The notes under the pieces were generated by a model. The model saw only the letters and a list, made by a program, of their open reading frames with translations, was not told where the DNA came from and searched no databases. The position numbers were made by a program, and so were the translations under genes. Positions 55,949-57,818 of a stretch of DNA of 57,818 nt are shown piece by piece. The stretch is from positions 1 to 57,818 of the forward strand of contig JBHPHW010000003.1 in the NCBI GenBank assembly GCA_042570105.1, read 5' to 3'. This stretch comes from Candidatus Omnitrophota bacterium (GTDB lineage: Bacteria; Omnitrophota; Gorgyraeia; Gorgyraeales; Gorgyraeaceae). Within the stretch, counting starts at the first letter, position 1. Each line of letters starts with the position of its first letter.

Positions 55949-57229
55949 TTATTTAAGGTACTTTCTAGGATCTGTAATCCTTCCAGCTATGCTGGATGCG
56001 GCTACCGTGGCAGGAGAAGCAAGGTATATAAATGCCTCTGGATTGCCCATCCTGCCTTTAAAATTTCTATTTGCGCTTGATATTACAATCTCGCCTTTTG
56101 ACGGAACACCGTTGTGCGTACCCACGCATGGTCCACAGCCGGGCGAAAGAACACATGCGCCAGACTTGATGAGATCCCTTATAATGCCCCTTTCTATGGC
56201 CTCACTAAAGACAGCTTTAGAAACCGGGGCAACTATCAATTTTACATGCTTATTTACCTGTCTATTTTTTAGGATAGAAGAGGCTATCTTTAAATCCTCT
56301 AACCTGCCATTTGTGCAAGTTCCTATAAATGCCTCGTCTATTTTTACATTTTTCAGTCTATTAACGGGTGAGACATTATCTACGGTATGGGGTTTTGCGA
56401 CCTGCGGCATAAGTGTACTGACATCATACTCTAGTATTTCCGAATACGTAGCATCCTTGTCACTTCTTAGTTTCAATGCATTCTTGCTCTTCACGACGGA
56501 CGAGCGACGAGCGATAAGCCGCATATATTCGAAGGTTACTTCATCTGGCTCTATTATGCCGGCCTTTGCGCCCATCTCAATGGCCATATTTGCAATGGTA
56601 AACCTTGCATCCATACTGAGGCGCTTTACATAATCACCTGAAAATTCAACTGCCTTGTATGTGCAATAATCCGCGCCTAAATCCCCTATAATGTAAAGAA
56701 TGATATCTTTTGAATAAACGCCTTTTTTAGGCCTCCCCTTCAAGATAATCTTTATAGTCTCCGGGATTTTAAACCAATTTTTTCCTGAGGCCAATGTAAT
56801 TGCCAGATCCGTTGAGCCCATACCTGTAGAAAAAATACCTAAGGCACCATACGTGCATGTATGTGAATCAGCTCCGACGACTAAATCTCCCGGGGCGATG
56901 AATCCAGATTCTGGTATAACCTGATGACACACGCCGTTCCCGATATCAAATATCTTTACATCATTCTCCTCCGCAAAATTGCGCATCTTCTTATGGATCT
57001 CGGAAACCCCAATATTGGGGCTTGGAGAAGAATGATCGATGACCATACAGAATCTATTTTTATTAAAAACCTTTCTGGTCCCTAATCTTTTGAATGCATC
57101 AATAATAAGGCTAGTGGTACCGTCCTGCCCGAAACAAAAGTCTACATTAGAGACTACCACATCACCTCTTTTTACATCCTTACCGCAGTGCAAGCTAAAA
57201 ATCTTCTCTGTAATCGTCTTTCCTGCCAT
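55949..57229 (-). CDS. aconitase-family large subunit, LeuC/HacA/DmdA-like
   Basis: KTITEKI, GVCHQ, GADSHTCT, GTCTNGR, PGCGPC, NRNFKGRMG; start 57229, alternative GTG 57274. Confidence 0.9.
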   Translation of the reverse strand: MAGKTITEKIFSLHCGKDVKRGDVVVSNVDFCFGQDGTTSLIIDAFKRLGTRKVFNKNRFCMVIDHSSPSPNIGVSEIHKKMRNFAEENDVKIFDIGNGVCHQVIPESGFIAPGDLVVGADSHTCTYGALGIFSTGMGSTDLAITLASGKNWFKIPETIKIILKGRPKKGVYSKDIILYIIGDLGADYCTYKAVEFSGDYVKRLSMDARFTIANMAIEMGAKAGIIEPDEVTFEYMRLIARRSSVVKSKNALKLRSDKDATYSEILEYDVSTLMPQVAKPHTVDNVSPVNRLKNVKIDEAFIGTCTNGRLEDLKIASSILKNRQVNKHVKLIVAPVSKAVFSEAIERGIIRDLIKSGACVLSPGCGPCVGTHNGVPSKGEIVISSANRNFKGRMGNPEAFIYLASPATVAASSIAGRITDPRKYLK

Positions 57230-57270
57230 GATCTTTATTGAGACTGTAGTAGTCTCGCGAGCCTCGAGGA

Positions 57271-57818
57271 TCACCTCTCTTCAAGCCAGCGCTCTATCCT
57301 ATCCATCCCTTTCTGAATATCCTGCATGCCTGTAGCAAAGCTGATGCGGATATGTTCATCTGACCCAAATGCCTTACCTGGGACAACTGCTACTTTAGCT
57401 TCTTTTAAGAGCGATTCTGTGAATTCCATACTAGATAGGCCCTTCTTCTCTATTCTACAAAAAACATAAAATGCCCCTTCTGGTTTGATGCATGAAAGCC
57501 CTTTTATCTTTCTGATCCTCTCAACGATATAGTCCCTCCGCTTTTCAAATTCTCTTACCATGCTTTGTACGGCATCTAGATTTCCCTTTATGGCCTCCAG
57601 GGCCGCCTTCTGACTTATGGAGGTAGGATTTGATGTTGAATGGCTCTGTAGATTTTTTATGGCTTGAATAATCCCCTCATCAGGAGATGCCATATATCCG
57701 ATCCGCCATCCTGTCATAGCAAAGCTTTTTGAAACGCCGTTTACTGTTATAGTATTTTTAAAAATTTTATCGTCAATGGATGCAATGGAGGAGTGTCTTC
57801 TCTTCCCAAATATAATAT
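57271..57818 (-). CDS. class I/II PLP-dependent aminotransferase (aspartate aminotransferase-like; 5' end outside window)
   Basis: NGVSKSFAMTGWRIGY, PEGAFY, VPGKAFG, RISFA. Confidence 0.9.
   Translation of the reverse strand, partial: IIFGKRRHSSIASIDDKIFKNTITVNGVSKSFAMTGWRIGYMASPDEGIIQAIKNLQSHSTSNPTSISQKAALEAIKGNLDAVQSMVREFEKRRDYIVERIRKIKGLSCIKPEGAFYVFCRIEKKGLSSMEFTESLLKEAKVAVVPGKAFGSDEHIRISFATGMQDIQKGMDRIERWLEER

Noticed and set aside
55872-56633. 253-aa + strand ORF and other + strand ORFs in the track
   Set aside because: All lie antisense to well-supported minus-strand genes and lack motifs

Overview
Bacterial chromosomal segment (standard code 11) in which every supportable gene is on the minus strand. 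Gene content suggests an anaerobic PVC-group organism, possibly Candidatus Omnitrophota; this is inference, not a database result. In transcription order (right to left): aminotransferase, LeuC-like/pilT/LeuD-like, IDH, mdh, lpdA, a 186-nt hairpin, nadD, a small Zn-binding ORF, rsfS, GAF-HD-GYP, argS, a half-size Mfd, surA-like/pdxA/rsmA, gatCAB, ctpA, tsaD, mgtC, a bactofilin-HTH fusion plus a membrane-anchored HTH protein, larB, two PilB/GspE ATPases and two pseudopilins, GT2, a beta-propeller/TolC-like exported protein, a TPR gene split at an A10 run, polA-coaE-rho-rpmE-prfA-prmC-murA-rpsP-trmD-rplS-rnhB-yraN, then a Wood-Ljungdahl cluster (fhs, fchA, folD, metF, cooC, cooS, cooF, NuoE/F/G-like, acsB, acsC), pgsA and partial plsY. 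Most notable: the bactofilin-HTH / HTH-TM pair, a CODH linked to a HytCBD-like diaphorase module with no hydrogenase catalytic subunit, an apparent ATC start on acsB, a -1 slippage site in the TPR gene, and a minimal Mfd. No tRNA, rRNA, CRISPR array or transposase was recognised.
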